Positions 40,097-49,818 are shown, counted from the first letter of the stretch. The stretch is 64,000 nucleotides of DNA from an uncultured virus (IMG/VR IMGVR_UViG_3300037991_004722) (IMGVR_UViG_3300037991_004722:1-64000); one strand, 5' to 3'. The notes: generated by a model from the letters alone, not told the origin. Made by a program: numbers and translations.

Positions 40097-40394
40097 GCCG
40101 ACTACTGCTGCCGCTATTGTTGCTGCCGTTACCGGCCTGGTCAGTGCAGGTGCGTTTAAGTTTTATGAGTTCATGCTGAAGCAAAAGAGAGAGAAGCAAG
40201 TAGAAGAAAAGGCTGAGCAGGCGCTATACCGTGACGACCTCATCAAACGAGTTGAAAAACTCGAACAAGAGCGTGATGAGCACCTTCAGCAAATTATCGA
40301 CCTGATGACCGACATTGCGGGACTGAAAGTAGAAGTCGACTACGTCAAACGCGAGAACGAAATCTTGAAGCTCAAGATCGATGCTATGAGGTGA
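40089..40394 (+). CDS. TM plus coiled-coil protein
   Basis: AAAIVAAVTGLVSAG then heptad repeats. Confidence 0.6.
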   Translation: MDKPTTAAAIVAAVTGLVSAGAFKFYEFMLKQKREKQVEEKAEQALYRDDLIKRVEKLEQERDEHLQQIIDLMTDIAGLKVEVDYVKRENEILKLKIDAMR

Positions 40395-40480
40395 TTGGTT
40401 CGCCTGGGCCTTCACACTCTGGACAGTTCAGTTCTCCGAACCAAATGTGTCCACACTCAATACAGCAACGCCTAAAAAGT

Positions 40481-40675
40481 TCAATCACCTTTGCCATTTT
40501 TCAATCCGTAGTTGTCCCTGGCCCAGCCGCTACCTTTGAGGGTGAAGTTAGTGGCACAGATTTTTCTCGTCATATCAGAAGAGCACTGCAAGCATTCAGG
40601 GCTTGGATCCCCAAATGCTTGCAGCACTTCTTTCTTTTCGCCGCACACTTCACAGACAAACTGATACAACGGCAT
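40481..40675 (-). CDS. FmdB-family zinc-ribbon protein
   Basis: MPLYQFVCEVCG...CLQC...FTLKGSGWARDNY. Confidence 0.9.
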   Translation of the reverse strand: MPLYQFVCEVCGEKKEVLQAFGDPSPECLQCSSDMTRKICATNFTLKGSGWARDNYGLKNGKGD

Positions 40676-40680
40676 CGTAT

Positions 40681-41340
40681 TTAGTCGTTAAATACAACAG
40701 GCTCAGGCTCTACATCTACTTCTGGCGTTGTCTTCTCAGGAGTAACTGTAGTTTGCTTCGTTGCGTTTGATGCGAGTGCCCCGACAAGTTGCTTAATCAT
40801 GTCCTTAAGATCAGAATCGTCTGTGTTCTTTGAAGACAAGGCTTGAATGACTTCTTCTGGAATGGGACTGTTTGTCACATTCACAGTGGTGGTAACCGGA
40901 ACTCCGTTCTGGTAGGAGAGTTCAGTCGCGTTTTCAATGTCGACGAACTTGACTACAAAAAAGACTTGCTCAATGTTGTGGTCATCTTTTTCGATCTTCA
41001 CGTCGTGATCGACGATTTCCCACGTTCCGTTTGGTTGACTGTTTCTGATGGTCTTAAGCATTCCATTAATGGCGCTGTTGACAATGTTTGTCCAACCATC
41101 CTCGGTAACCTTTCCTTGCAGCAAGTGAAGTCCCCAGTGGCAGTCTCCGAGACGGGTCCGAAACTCAGAGCATTCTTTAGCTTTAGCTTTCGAGATCTTT
41201 CGTTCGTCGACGACCTCGTTCAGCATGCGCAGAAAAATCGATGTCTGGTTGATGTACGAAACAGTGTTGTTTTTGCTAGCGGTCTCTGTACGGGCACCGA
41301 ATGGATTGCGCGCTTTTTGTGCTTCATCGAAAAGATTCAT
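40681..41340 (-). CDS. hypothetical protein
   Basis: 219 aa, GGAG SD. Confidence 0.7.
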   Translation of the reverse strand: MNLFDEAQKARNPFGARTETASKNNTVSYINQTSIFLRMLNEVVDERKISKAKAKECSEFRTRLGDCHWGLHLLQGKVTEDGWTNIVNSAINGMLKTIRNSQPNGTWEIVDHDVKIEKDDHNIEQVFFVVKFVDIENATELSYQNGVPVTTTVNVTNSPIPEEVIQALSSKNTDDSDLKDMIKQLVGALASNATKQTTVTPEKTTPEVDVEPEPVVFND

Positions 41341-41355
41341 TTTTAAACTCCAGGT

Positions 41356-41577
41356 TCACTTTCGTGATCTATTTTTTGATGCGCTTTCTACCTTCAGATT
41401 TTTGCGCGAATTGTTTTTTGGGTTTCCGTCTTTGTGGTGAACGTCTTTACCGTCACCTTTTTTAACTCGGCCCACCATTGCCATGATTCGGCGGGCGGCA
41501 TTCCTGCCTGCCCGTCGCTTCTTCTGATCCGGTTTACTATGGTATTCCCGGTATTCCTTTTTATAATCGCGAGCCAC
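41356..41577 (-). CDS. small HNH endonuclease
   Basis: GDGKDVHHKDGNPKNNSRKNLKVESASKNR. Confidence 0.85.
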   Translation of the reverse strand: MARDYKKEYREYHSKPDQKKRRAGRNAARRIMAMVGRVKKGDGKDVHHKDGNPKNNSRKNLKVESASKNRSRK

Positions 41578-41584
41578 GCTTTCC

Positions 41585-42442
41585 CTAATCGTCTAACAAG
41601 GACTTCTGATTGTCGTCCTCTTTTGCAGATTGTACAACTTCTTTATCCTTACTATCATCCATCAAGCCATCTATTTGTTCCGACAAGATTCCCATAGTAT
41701 CTGATTCGTCGTGTTGACTGTTCACATCTATGAACTTCAACTCCTCTGTTGGGGTGTCTTGTTTGCCGTCGTGGTCATATGCGTTTTGCATATCATCGTT
41801 CATCGGTACGATGCCGCGAGCGAACGCATACCGGAGCCCGGTTTTAAGCGCCATCTCGATTGGCCACTGACCCCACGGCGACTGGTTCTTGTTTCGCTTG
41901 TAGGCGTCTGAGTTTGCTCGCCGCTTTTCTATGTCGGCCTTGCGAATGACAACGAAGTCTTTGGTGCCATCTTGGTAGAAGGCGACGACGTACACTGCCT
42001 TAAGTGTGGTCCATGACTGCTCGGCATTGAGGTCTGGTACGTGCCTCAGGTTTGGTTCAGTGCCTTCAATGACGTGAAACTCATCGGTATCAAACACGGC
42101 CTTGGTCCTGAGTCGAACTCCGTTCTTTGCTGCAAGCTTAGAGAACCCTCGATGAGAAACCTGCCACTGGAGGCTCTTTCCTCGTGGCAGCAGGTATACA
42201 TCTGGCAGCGGTCCTCCAGGCATAAGTCCAGTCATTGCAGAAAGTGCAACTGCTTGAGCAACTGATGCCGGGTCACACCCGTACAGTCGGTCATTTGTTT
42301 GTGCGGCCTGACGGAAGGCAAGGGCTACCCGCCCAGCGGCTTGTAGTCCGTTTTCTGTGCCAACCATTGCTTGAAGGAAGTCGGACGCTTTAGATTCGAC
42401 TACGTTCCTAAACTGATGTGCCGGGTGAAGTGCATTGCTCAT
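41585..42442 (-). CDS. recT: RecT-family single-strand annealing protein
   Basis: CDPASV..A...GL.P...YLLPRG..QWQVSHRG, PWGQWPIEMALKT. Confidence 0.88.
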   Translation of the reverse strand: MSNALHPAHQFRNVVESKASDFLQAMVGTENGLQAAGRVALAFRQAAQTNDRLYGCDPASVAQAVALSAMTGLMPGGPLPDVYLLPRGKSLQWQVSHRGFSKLAAKNGVRLRTKAVFDTDEFHVIEGTEPNLRHVPDLNAEQSWTTLKAVYVVAFYQDGTKDFVVIRKADIEKRRANSDAYKRNKNQSPWGQWPIEMALKTGLRYAFARGIVPMNDDMQNAYDHDGKQDTPTEELKFIDVNSQHDESDTMGILSEQIDGLMDDSKDKEVVQSAKEDDNQKSLLDD

Positions 42443-43353
42443 TTGCTATCTCCTGTGTATTGGAACCTGAAGGTTCTAGTTGCATCGCCTTCAATAAGAT
42501 ATTGCTTAGCGAGTTCTGGGTGTTGTTGCTCGAAAGTAGAACGATCAAACCGGGTTCTGGGCTTGGACTGAGACCATGTGGCCACCCCGGCGATTCCGTA
42601 TGATGAACCGATTGATTCCTTGAGTTGATTTTCAAGATGCTTCTTGCGTCGTTCAAGCTCTGCGTACTCTGCGCGAACGTTCTTGAGTTCAGATGCGAGC
42701 GCAAGATGAGACTCCTGGGGCTCGATAAACTCCTTGCTTTCCTGCTTGAACAGCTTGGCAAGAGACTTTGAGCATGCATTTGATCCATCAACTTCTGGTG
42801 GCGTTCCTTGCTCGATGTGCTTTTTGTACCAGTCGCGAGCAAAGGTCATAATCTTATCTTCGAGCCTGTCGTCACGATATATCTTGTACGATCGGTATTC
42901 ATCAGAAATCGTAGCAAATGCAGCAAGGTCGCACCGGTCGTTATTGGTGACCGCCATCTGCCAAATACACTGTGCTGCGTAATACGGCGGAACGTTGCTT
43001 GTGTCAGAGCGACCCCATTTGTGGTCGAACTTTCGAGTCGACTTAATCTCAAGCAACCACTCACCTTCGCCAGAGTTGACGAAAAAGTCAGGCCGGGCAT
43101 GCATCCAAGATTCTGGACCAATGATTGGGTCGGCCTCGTACTCTGGCCCCTTTTTGATTTGAACATTGTTCAAGTGCGCGTAGTGGGCACCAATCGCTGG
43201 TTCCAAAATGTGTCCGCGAGCCGTAGCCGCAGTAGAAGAAGATTGCGTCAGACCGTGCATTCGGGACCAAACGTCCCATGGGCTTGACCATGGCGAAAGG
43301 CCTAAAATGGCTGCGATGCTGCTGCTTCCGATTGTTGGTGATTGAATCTCCAT
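42439..43353 (-). CDS. YqaJ-like (lambda-exonuclease family) exonuclease
   Basis: IGSSSIAAILGLSPW, RGHILEP, ARPD, LLEIKS, YAAQCIWQMAV. Confidence 0.9.
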   Translation of the reverse strand: MEIQSPTIGSSSIAAILGLSPWSSPWDVWSRMHGLTQSSSTAATARGHILEPAIGAHYAHLNNVQIKKGPEYEADPIIGPESWMHARPDFFVNSGEGEWLLEIKSTRKFDHKWGRSDTSNVPPYYAAQCIWQMAVTNNDRCDLAAFATISDEYRSYKIYRDDRLEDKIMTFARDWYKKHIEQGTPPEVDGSNACSKSLAKLFKQESKEFIEPQESHLALASELKNVRAEYAELERRKKHLENQLKESIGSSYGIAGVATWSQSKPRTRFDRSTFEQQHPELAKQYLIEGDATRTFRFQYTGDSK

Positions 43354-43378
43354 TGTGCTCCTGATTGTCTGCTTGTGT

Positions 43379-43407
43379 ATGGTAAGTGTGCTATGAAGTG
43401 ATGTCAA
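43379..43407 (-). promoter_or_regulatory. sigma70 promoter for the exonuclease/RecT operon
   Basis: TTGACA-17 nt-TACCAT. Confidence 0.8.
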
Positions 43408-43469
43408 TACCATCACTTAATCTATCTTTCTAAAACAAGTCGGACATAAAATGTCCGGGGGGGTCTTCA

Positions 43470-43700
43470 ATGGACATTCGCAGCTACAGGGAGTCACGAC
43501 CTAAATACAACACTCGACACGCTTTTTGTATGTGGATCAATGGTGATCTGTCTGATCGTGGCTTGAGTCTTTCTGTGTCGTATCTGAGGGATCTTGAATC
43601 TGGTAGATCGTGCCCGTCCCTGATGCTTGCGATTGCCGTAGAAGATGTCACAAACCACCAAGTCACAGTTAGAGATTGGCTCGGACTGAGACGGCGGTGA
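43470..43700 (+). CDS. Cro/XRE-like HTH regulator
   Basis: LSVSYLRDLESGRSCPSLMLAIAVE; divergent from the recombination genes. Confidence 0.7.
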   Translation: MDIRSYRESRPKYNTRHAFCMWINGDLSDRGLSLSVSYLRDLESGRSCPSLMLAIAVEDVTNHQVTVRDWLGLRRR

Positions 43701-43704
43701 GTTG

Positions 43705-43914
43705 TTAGGCTTCGCCTGGGTTTACTTGTCGAATTGCGTACATGAACGCAGCAAACTGCTGAGCTATTGCAAACTCACTATTCACCACTTTCTGTAGATG
43801 TCGGGTGTTTTTTGCTGTGCATACCAGTTCGCCTTCATCATCAAAAATTTTCCAAGCCTCCCCGTCTTCTACGAGTGACCATCCAACAGGGAGTTTTTCA
43901 ATTACCGACAGCAT
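43705..43914 (-). CDS. hypothetical protein
   Basis: MLSVIEKLP, start just after the helicase stop. Confidence 0.55.
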   Translation of the reverse strand: MLSVIEKLPVGWSLVEDGEAWKIFDDEGELVCTAKNTRHLQKVVNSEFAIAQQFAAFMYAIRQVNPGEA

Positions 43915-43915
43915 T

Positions 43916-45292
43916 CTATTGACATCCGATTCTCGTGTAGAGGCGGTTTCTCTTTCGAGCCAGTCCGCGCATTGATCCAATATCATCGACGCAATCAATA
44001 ACGATTGGATTTTTCTTTTCAGGGTGGGGCCGCATGACTCGACCAATTCTTTGTTGAATCCGACCAAGAGCTTTCGTTGGAGTCGTGAGCACAACGGTAT
44101 CAAGTGACGGAAGGTCAAGGCCTTCGTCCGCGACAGTCGTTGCGCAAACCACCTGGATTTCTCTGTTGTCTGCACGTTCAAGAACCTCTGCTCTTTGTTT
44201 TTTAGTCATTCGTCCAACCAGTGGCTCCGCAGCAATTGAGTGCGATCTAAGAGATTCAGCAATCCAAATGCAGTGGTCAACGCGGTCAGACAAAACAAGA
44301 ATCTGCCTGCCCTCACGACATGCACTTAAAACACGGTTGATGATTGTGTCGTTGCGATCGTTATCTTTGGTCATCGTTGTGATGAGCTTAGACCAGTCGA
44401 GACTCTTATCGGGGCCAATAAAGTCGGTGAACAACCATTCAATCTTGGGTGGGATGACGTGGCCGGATCGAGCCAGTTGCGAGTTAGTGATTTCATAGAC
44501 GGCCTCGCCAAGGTGCCACCACAACATTTTAGTCAACCCATCCGGTCGGTTCGGTGTCGCCGTCAGTCCGAGTCTGTACTTGGCGGGCATGCAGAACATG
44601 ACGGAACAAAACGTATGCGCTGGAACGTGGTGTGCTTCATCAACGATACAAAGTCCGAACTGTTGCCCGAAAGCGTACCGTTCTGTAAATGACATTCGTT
44701 CAAGAGTCTGGAAAGTCGCGACCACAACCCGTCCCGAGTCATCCTTCTTACCCGCGCCATACTGAGTTGCCTCCGTATCCAACATGGTCTGACATCGATT
44801 CATCCATTGAACGGCAAGATCATTGGTGTGTACGAGGATGAGAGCCTTAGTGTTGCGCATGGTAACGGCAGTGAGACCCATTGCCGTCTTTCCTGAACCG
44901 CACGGCGCAATAATGACTCCTTCGCCGTTTGCGTTCTCGTGCCATTTTTTGAGTGCATCCTTCTGGTAGTCTCGCAACTCAAAGCCCTTGGCTGTTTGGA
45001 CTGGTTCTGCTTCCGGGGCAGTTGTGCGATCATGAGATTCTGCCATGTTTAAAAGCTTGAACGCGCCTTGCCTAGGGATTGCAATCCCGCCGCCCCAAGG
45101 GTGGTCAAACGGGATCTTGTGGCATGCGTTGATATATTGGCTGGGCACTGGTACGAACTTGCCCTTCTGTCGCATGCCCAATGCCATTTTGTATTCAGGG
45201 TTCTGCAACTCAAACTTCTTCAAAATATGTTCTTCACACCAATGTCCAGGAGGTAAAAATACACCTCCCCCTATTACAGTATTCTCAATCAT
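43916..45292 (-). CDS. superfamily 2 helicase (ResIII/XPB-like)
   Basis: LRDYQ, APCGSGKT, DEAHH, LTATP, EGLDLP, QRIGR. Confidence 0.95.
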   Translation of the reverse strand: MIENTVIGGGVFLPPGHWCEEHILKKFELQNPEYKMALGMRQKGKFVPVPSQYINACHKIPFDHPWGGGIAIPRQGAFKLLNMAESHDRTTAPEAEPVQTAKGFELRDYQKDALKKWHENANGEGVIIAPCGSGKTAMGLTAVTMRNTKALILVHTNDLAVQWMNRCQTMLDTEATQYGAGKKDDSGRVVVATFQTLERMSFTERYAFGQQFGLCIVDEAHHVPAHTFCSVMFCMPAKYRLGLTATPNRPDGLTKMLWWHLGEAVYEITNSQLARSGHVIPPKIEWLFTDFIGPDKSLDWSKLITTMTKDNDRNDTIINRVLSACREGRQILVLSDRVDHCIWIAESLRSHSIAAEPLVGRMTKKQRAEVLERADNREIQVVCATTVADEGLDLPSLDTVVLTTPTKALGRIQQRIGRVMRPHPEKKNPIVIDCVDDIGSMRGLARKRNRLYTRIGCQ

Positions 45293-46632
45293 TATGCTTC
45301 CTTTCCTTTAGCCTTCATTTCAAACATTTCTAACTTTGTCCATACATACTTACGTGAACCACCAAGCCTCATTCTGCGCTTCTCATATCCAAGTTCAGTT
45401 AGTATATCTGAGACTCTCATCTCATCTCGTCTACTCATGCGTGATCTTTCAATCTTGAGTCCGTCTTCCATAATCATTTGACTCGTTACATATCCGGCCT
45501 GCGTCTTCAGATACGCTGCTATCGGAGCAGTCCACGGGTCGTCTTGTCGGAAAATGTGACTGGCGTCATGTCGCGTTTGATCCATATCCCTGTCAAGCCA
45601 CCAAGTGTCACCAGCGTTAAAGGCAACGATTGCTTCAGCCCAAAGCTGGTCTCTGTTTTCCCGAACGTATTCGAGATCCACCTCGTTGCATCTTATTGGC
45701 CAATACCGCCGGGACCCAGTCATATCGTTAATGAACTGTGATTCATTTGTGGTACCAGCAAAGACAACGTGGCGCTTAACCGTGACTGCATGGCGACCAT
45801 AGGCGGGGCGGTAGGTGTCTTCCTGTGCGCTCAAGAACGCCTTCGTGGCACTGTTGGCTGACCGACGAACCGAGTCCAACTCTGCAACCTCATAGATCCA
45901 TGCGCGCTGGATCTGGCTGTATGAGTTCGGTGATCCAATATCAAGCGGAGTGTCCGCAAAAAACTTTTCGCTCGCCAACTCTCTAAACAAAGTGCTCTTC
46001 CCTGCGCCCTGAGCGCCTGCAAGGATAAGAACGCAGTCTGCCTTACTGCCTGGCTTGTAAGCGCGAGCAATGGCCTGTATGAGCCACTTCTCGCCCATCT
46101 TTCGATTAAGCTCGTTGTCCTCACAGTCTGTCGCTTCAGTAATCCAGCTTTGGATTCGTTGAACTCCATCCCAATGCATAGTGTCCAGCCACTCCAAAAG
46201 CGGGTTTCGCGACCGCTCTTCACCGATAAGCTGAACCACATGACTGACATAGTTCTCGGAGAACTCGATGCCGTATGCCCTGGACACCCAGAGAGATATG
46301 CGGGTGTCATCTGAATCCCTGTAGTCACGGTCGTCCATCTTGAGGGTGTTGGTGAACGTGTTCAACCAGATACGGTTTCGCCACCGACGATCCCGTCGAA
46401 GAATGATGTACAGGTTGTTCTTGTTCTTCTTGATGTTTCCGTTTGGCTGTCCGTTTCGATCTGTGTATTGATCGAGCATCGCGGTGATATTCGAGTCTCC
46501 CTCGTTTTCTGGTATCTCGGCATCTTCAGGTCTTTCTTCAGGCTGATGGATACAGTTTTCATTTTCAGCTTGTTGCAGCAATCGTGTCAGCGTAATCCTT
46601 CCAGCGGCAAGGACTTCATCAAGGTCAGCCAT
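45292..46632 (-). CDS. VapE/VirE-like P-loop helicase
   Basis: PGSKADCVLILAGAQGAGKST, WIYEVAELD, YRPAYGR, FAGTTN, TGSRRYWP. Confidence 0.92.
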   Translation of the reverse strand: MADLDEVLAAGRITLTRLLQQAENENCIHQPEERPEDAEIPENEGDSNITAMLDQYTDRNGQPNGNIKKNKNNLYIILRRDRRWRNRIWLNTFTNTLKMDDRDYRDSDDTRISLWVSRAYGIEFSENYVSHVVQLIGEERSRNPLLEWLDTMHWDGVQRIQSWITEATDCEDNELNRKMGEKWLIQAIARAYKPGSKADCVLILAGAQGAGKSTLFRELASEKFFADTPLDIGSPNSYSQIQRAWIYEVAELDSVRRSANSATKAFLSAQEDTYRPAYGRHAVTVKRHVVFAGTTNESQFINDMTGSRRYWPIRCNEVDLEYVRENRDQLWAEAIVAFNAGDTWWLDRDMDQTRHDASHIFRQDDPWTAPIAAYLKTQAGYVTSQMIMEDGLKIERSRMSRRDEMRVSDILTELGYEKRRMRLGGSRKYVWTKLEMFEMKAKGKEA

Positions 46633-46635
46633 TAT

Positions 46636-47691
46636 TTATGCCTCCAGTGGCATGCGGTACAGTGTGTGCTCCGGTAGTTGATCGCAGATTATGGCCGCGT
46701 ATTCATCACCTGAATCATCCGTATCTGTAGCAATAAAGATTTTAAGTGTTTTGGGGATACTCATCTTACTGAGGTTTTTGTAGCTGCCAGAGGTTCCGGC
46801 AACGATTGCAAGATTAAGGGACTCTCTGTGGGCCTGTTCACATGCTCTCATAAAGTCTGTGATTCCTTCACAGATCATAAAAGCATCGACTGTACCGGCC
46901 CTGCCCTTCATCATTTCAACTGCAGCATTGTTGGCCATAAGAAGACCAGCAGCCTCATACCCTACCGGCCATCGAGTTTTACTGCCAGCCGGTTTTCTAC
47001 CCTTAGCGTAGGTAACGCTTCGGCAATGGATGCTTGCAAATGAACCATCTGGTTCAAAACACTGGGCCGCAATTCTATAAGTTCCAGCCCATTGGTGTGG
47101 AAACCACTCTGGAAAGTTGTAGTCAACTGGCGGTGGCAAAACCCTGACGCACTTCGTGTCATCGAGAACCCGTGGCGCAAACCTTCGAGTTACCAGCCAT
47201 TCGCATATTGGTGCGCTCCATGTTGTGGCCTCTTCCATGGCCTGCTCGAATGTTCTGGTGTTTTCCCAGAGTGCATTCAGTTCTTCTTTAGGGGGGCGAA
47301 CAGGGCCTTCGAATGTTGGGGCATTCACCTTCGGTCGTTTCGATGGATCTGGAAGAACGTGTGACGGAACGCCGGATGCTGTGCAGTATCCTTTCTCTGC
47401 AAACCAATCTCTGACCACCGCTTGCTCTGGCTTGGACAAGTGCTTGAGTGGTCGTTGAAAGTAGTGAAACGATACGAAGTCAACAACGTCACCCTTCGCG
47501 CCACACTTGTGGCATTTCCATGAAATCTCGGTGCGTGAGAATCCGATTGGTCCGCGCTTCCTGTCTCGCGATCCGCGCTCAATCATTCCGCAGCTTGGGC
47601 ATGGCCGGAGTGACTGGCCGCTCCCTCTTTCGTATTCTAACTGGCTGGCAATCTGTGTGACCGGTCCAGTCTTTGCGTGTTGTATCCACAT
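46636..47691 (-). CDS. primase-like protein (Zn finger plus TOPRIM)
   Basis: CPSC..WKCHKCGAKGDVVDF, ICEGITD, ATDTDDSG; SD AGGAG before ATG 47691. Confidence 0.82.
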   Translation of the reverse strand: MWIQHAKTGPVTQIASQLEYERGSGQSLRPCPSCGMIERGSRDRKRGPIGFSRTEISWKCHKCGAKGDVVDFVSFHYFQRPLKHLSKPEQAVVRDWFAEKGYCTASGVPSHVLPDPSKRPKVNAPTFEGPVRPPKEELNALWENTRTFEQAMEEATTWSAPICEWLVTRRFAPRVLDDTKCVRVLPPPVDYNFPEWFPHQWAGTYRIAAQCFEPDGSFASIHCRSVTYAKGRKPAGSKTRWPVGYEAAGLLMANNAAVEMMKGRAGTVDAFMICEGITDFMRACEQAHRESLNLAIVAGTSGSYKNLSKMSIPKTLKIFIATDTDDSGDEYAAIICDQLPEHTLYRMPLEA

Positions 47692-47817
47692 AGTAAGCTC
47701 CTGGGTGTGGGCCTGAGAGAGCACCACCGGTTTCCCGATGGGCTCAATCAGGAGCCCACTTAGACAAGGGGGATCAATCCCTTGTGGGCGTTGTCCTGTA
47801 GCCGAGTTTGAATCGGT

Positions 47818-48168
47818 CTACAAGTCGGGTTGATTTTTTACGATGACACCATCCACTTTGTCGTCTTTGTCGCTGCGAATACTGTAGTAGATTCGCATGT
47901 CTGGGGTGATGGTCAATACCACTTTGACTCCGGTCTTTCTGTAAAGGCGGCCAACCCAGATGATTAAAGTATCGAGCGTAGGCGCAGGTACTGTTCGCTT
48001 GATGATTGAATCAAGACGAGATCGGCTGGTTCCGTAAAGCCGGGCCGTCCTGGCAAGGTTACCTTTCTTCAGACCACCAATAAGGTTGGTCATCTTGTAG
48101 ATAACTTCGTATGTATCAAGTCTTTCTTCGGGGCCATATGCGGCTCTGGTTTGTTCTTGTTCGCTCAT
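47818..48168 (-). CDS. HTH-like protein
   Basis: NLARTARLYGTSRSRL...PTLDTL. Confidence 0.55.
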   Translation of the reverse strand: MSEQEQTRAAYGPEERLDTYEVIYKMTNLIGGLKKGNLARTARLYGTSRSRLDSIIKRTVPAPTLDTLIIWVGRLYRKTGVKVVLTITPDMRIYYSIRSDKDDKVDGVIVKNQPDL

Positions 48169-48228
48169 TGGCAAAAACTTCCTGAAAAAGTGGGACCACC
48201 GCCCCGCTGTAACGGTGGCCCCGGCGAC

Positions 48229-48723
48229 TTACTTCGCTGCGTCTTCCCCTTCCCCAAGGGTAGGAGCATCTTGGTCAGTCACCAACATCGGCTCGCGAAC
48301 CGCCTCGATCATTGCCACATCGAAGGTGATGTTGCCGTCGCGCTGCTTCTTAGGAAGCTTGTCGAAGACCTCGCGGTCCAGCATGGCCAGAGCATCCCCT
48401 ACACCCATCTCTTCAAGAAGCTTAGCTTCCTTGTCCTTATCGGTGTTGAGGGCGAAGGTTACTGCATCAAGCAGTACCTTTGCGGTTTGCTCACGGGTAA
48501 ACCCGGAACGCTTGGCGAAGAGAGCCAGGGCAACCTTCCACGGGATGGTGGAGGTAGCCTTGACCGGCTTGGACTTGCTGCCGCGCTTCAGCTTGCCAGC
48601 AATCTTAACGACGAGGTTCACGTCGATTTCAGAGTTATTGTCGATGTCCCGCTTTGCAAGCGAAACTGCTTTCGTGTTGAACGCCTTTGTAAGGGCGATG
48701 ATTTCTTGTGATGTGAATCCCAC
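48229..48723 (-). CDS. hypothetical protein
   Basis: GGAG SD plus GTG start. Confidence 0.6.
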   Translation of the reverse strand: MGFTSQEIIALTKAFNTKAVSLAKRDIDNNSEIDVNLVVKIAGKLKRGSKSKPVKATSTIPWKVALALFAKRSGFTREQTAKVLLDAVTFALNTDKDKEAKLLEEMGVGDALAMLDREVFDKLPKKQRDGNITFDVAMIEAVREPMLVTDQDAPTLGEGEDAAK

Positions 48724-48758
48724 AGCACTCTCCTGTGTATTGTTTGTTGTCTGCTCTC

Positions 48759-49274
48759 TTACTCTTGATCGATTGGGAACCACCTCATTTTTCGCTCCCC
48801 GCCGTATGACACCCGTGCCTTTTGAAGCCCCTGCTCTCTAAGGACTCTGGCAACTCTCATTTCGGTCAATCTTCGCTGGTGCTCAAATCCATCGGGATCA
48901 ACCGCAGCAGAGACTGCCTCGGTGGTAATGTCGTAACAGTGGGGTGATGGTGGGTTCTCTTCAAGCCACTTGATCACCTTTTTCTTGAAGACCTTGCTTA
49001 CATCCACTCCATAGATCACCGTCGGATCAATCTGCTTGGAGCAAGCCATCAGGCCCATCTTCAGGTCTTCGTTGGTTACCGCAACCTTCCACTCTTTAGC
49101 CAGGTAGACTGCAATCTCTGAGAAGTCAGGATCGTTCATCACCTTGCCATTGAAGTACAGCGTTCCTTTTCTGGTGCAATGAAACTTGCCGTCCAGCTTT
49201 GGATCTCCCTTTATTGCAAGGTAAACCTTGTATGATCCGTTAGCCTCACTGATTTTAGATTTTAGTTCATTCAT
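48759..49274 (-). CDS. VapE paralog lacking the ATPase core
   Basis: C-terminus EMRVARVLREQGLQKARVSYGGERKMRW matches VapE EMRVSDILTELGYEKRRMRLGGSRKYVW. Confidence 0.7.
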   Translation of the reverse strand: MNELKSKISEANGSYKVYLAIKGDPKLDGKFHCTRKGTLYFNGKVMNDPDFSEIAVYLAKEWKVAVTNEDLKMGLMACSKQIDPTVIYGVDVSKVFKKKVIKWLEENPPSPHCYDITTEAVSAAVDPDGFEHQRRLTEMRVARVLREQGLQKARVSYGGERKMRWFPIDQE

Positions 49275-49480
49275 TTCCCCTCCACAGCATTCGCTGTTTC
49301 TTTATAGATACCGGTACCTGACATGAGAGTCAAGGTGTGACTGGTGCGCTTTGCAATGTCTGCGGGAAGCCTCGTTGCACTGAATACGTACCAAAGGATT
49401 GCTGCGTCTGGAATCAGTTGAACCCAGACCATCATGATTCGTTTCAACTCAAAGTTGAATATTGGGTCAGAGGTAAACAT
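49271..49480 (-). CDS. hypothetical protein
   Basis: in operon, ATGA overlap. Confidence 0.45.
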   Translation of the reverse strand: MFTSDPIFNFELKRIMMVWVQLIPDAAILWYVFSATRLPADIAKRTSHTLTLMSGTGIYKETANAVEGK

Positions 49481-49481
49481 G

Positions 49482-49757
49482 TCACCCCTTTCCGTGTTCC
49501 TCTGCCAGCTTCGACAGCCTGGCCCAGTCGTTGACGGACTGAGTTCGGACGAACTTCTTCAGCGCAACTCCGCGCTTTCTTGCGTAGCCAGCCTTGACTG
49601 ACACATACGTTCGCTCTGCTTGCGTATCAGGTCGGCCAAGCTTCTTTACAACTTCACTGCATGATGATGAAGTCTGCCATGCTTTCACAAACTCAGGCCA
49701 ATCAATCATTCGATTGACATTGCGAGATCGCTGCTTTCTTTTTTGTGGTTCGCTCAT
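49482..49757 (-). CDS. small basic DNA-binding-like protein
   Basis: FVKAWQTSSSCSEVVKKLG...RKRGVALKK; GGAG SD. Confidence 0.65.
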   Translation of the reverse strand: MSEPQKRKQRSRNVNRMIDWPEFVKAWQTSSSCSEVVKKLGRPDTQAERTYVSVKAGYARKRGVALKKFVRTQSVNDWARLSKLAEEHGKG

Positions 49758-49789
49758 ATTTACTCCAATGGGTTTTATTCCCAACACAA

Positions 49790-49818
49790 ACGATAATCAG
49801 TCGGTCGGGGTCTGTCAA
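49790..49818 (-). promoter_or_regulatory. sigma70 promoter for the replication operon
   Basis: CACAC-TTGACA-17 nt-TATCGT. Confidence 0.75.

Noticed and set aside
47725..47755. Hammerhead ribozyme (CTGATTGA...GAAAC)
   Set aside because: Extra base in the CUGANGA core and no proper stem II closing pair
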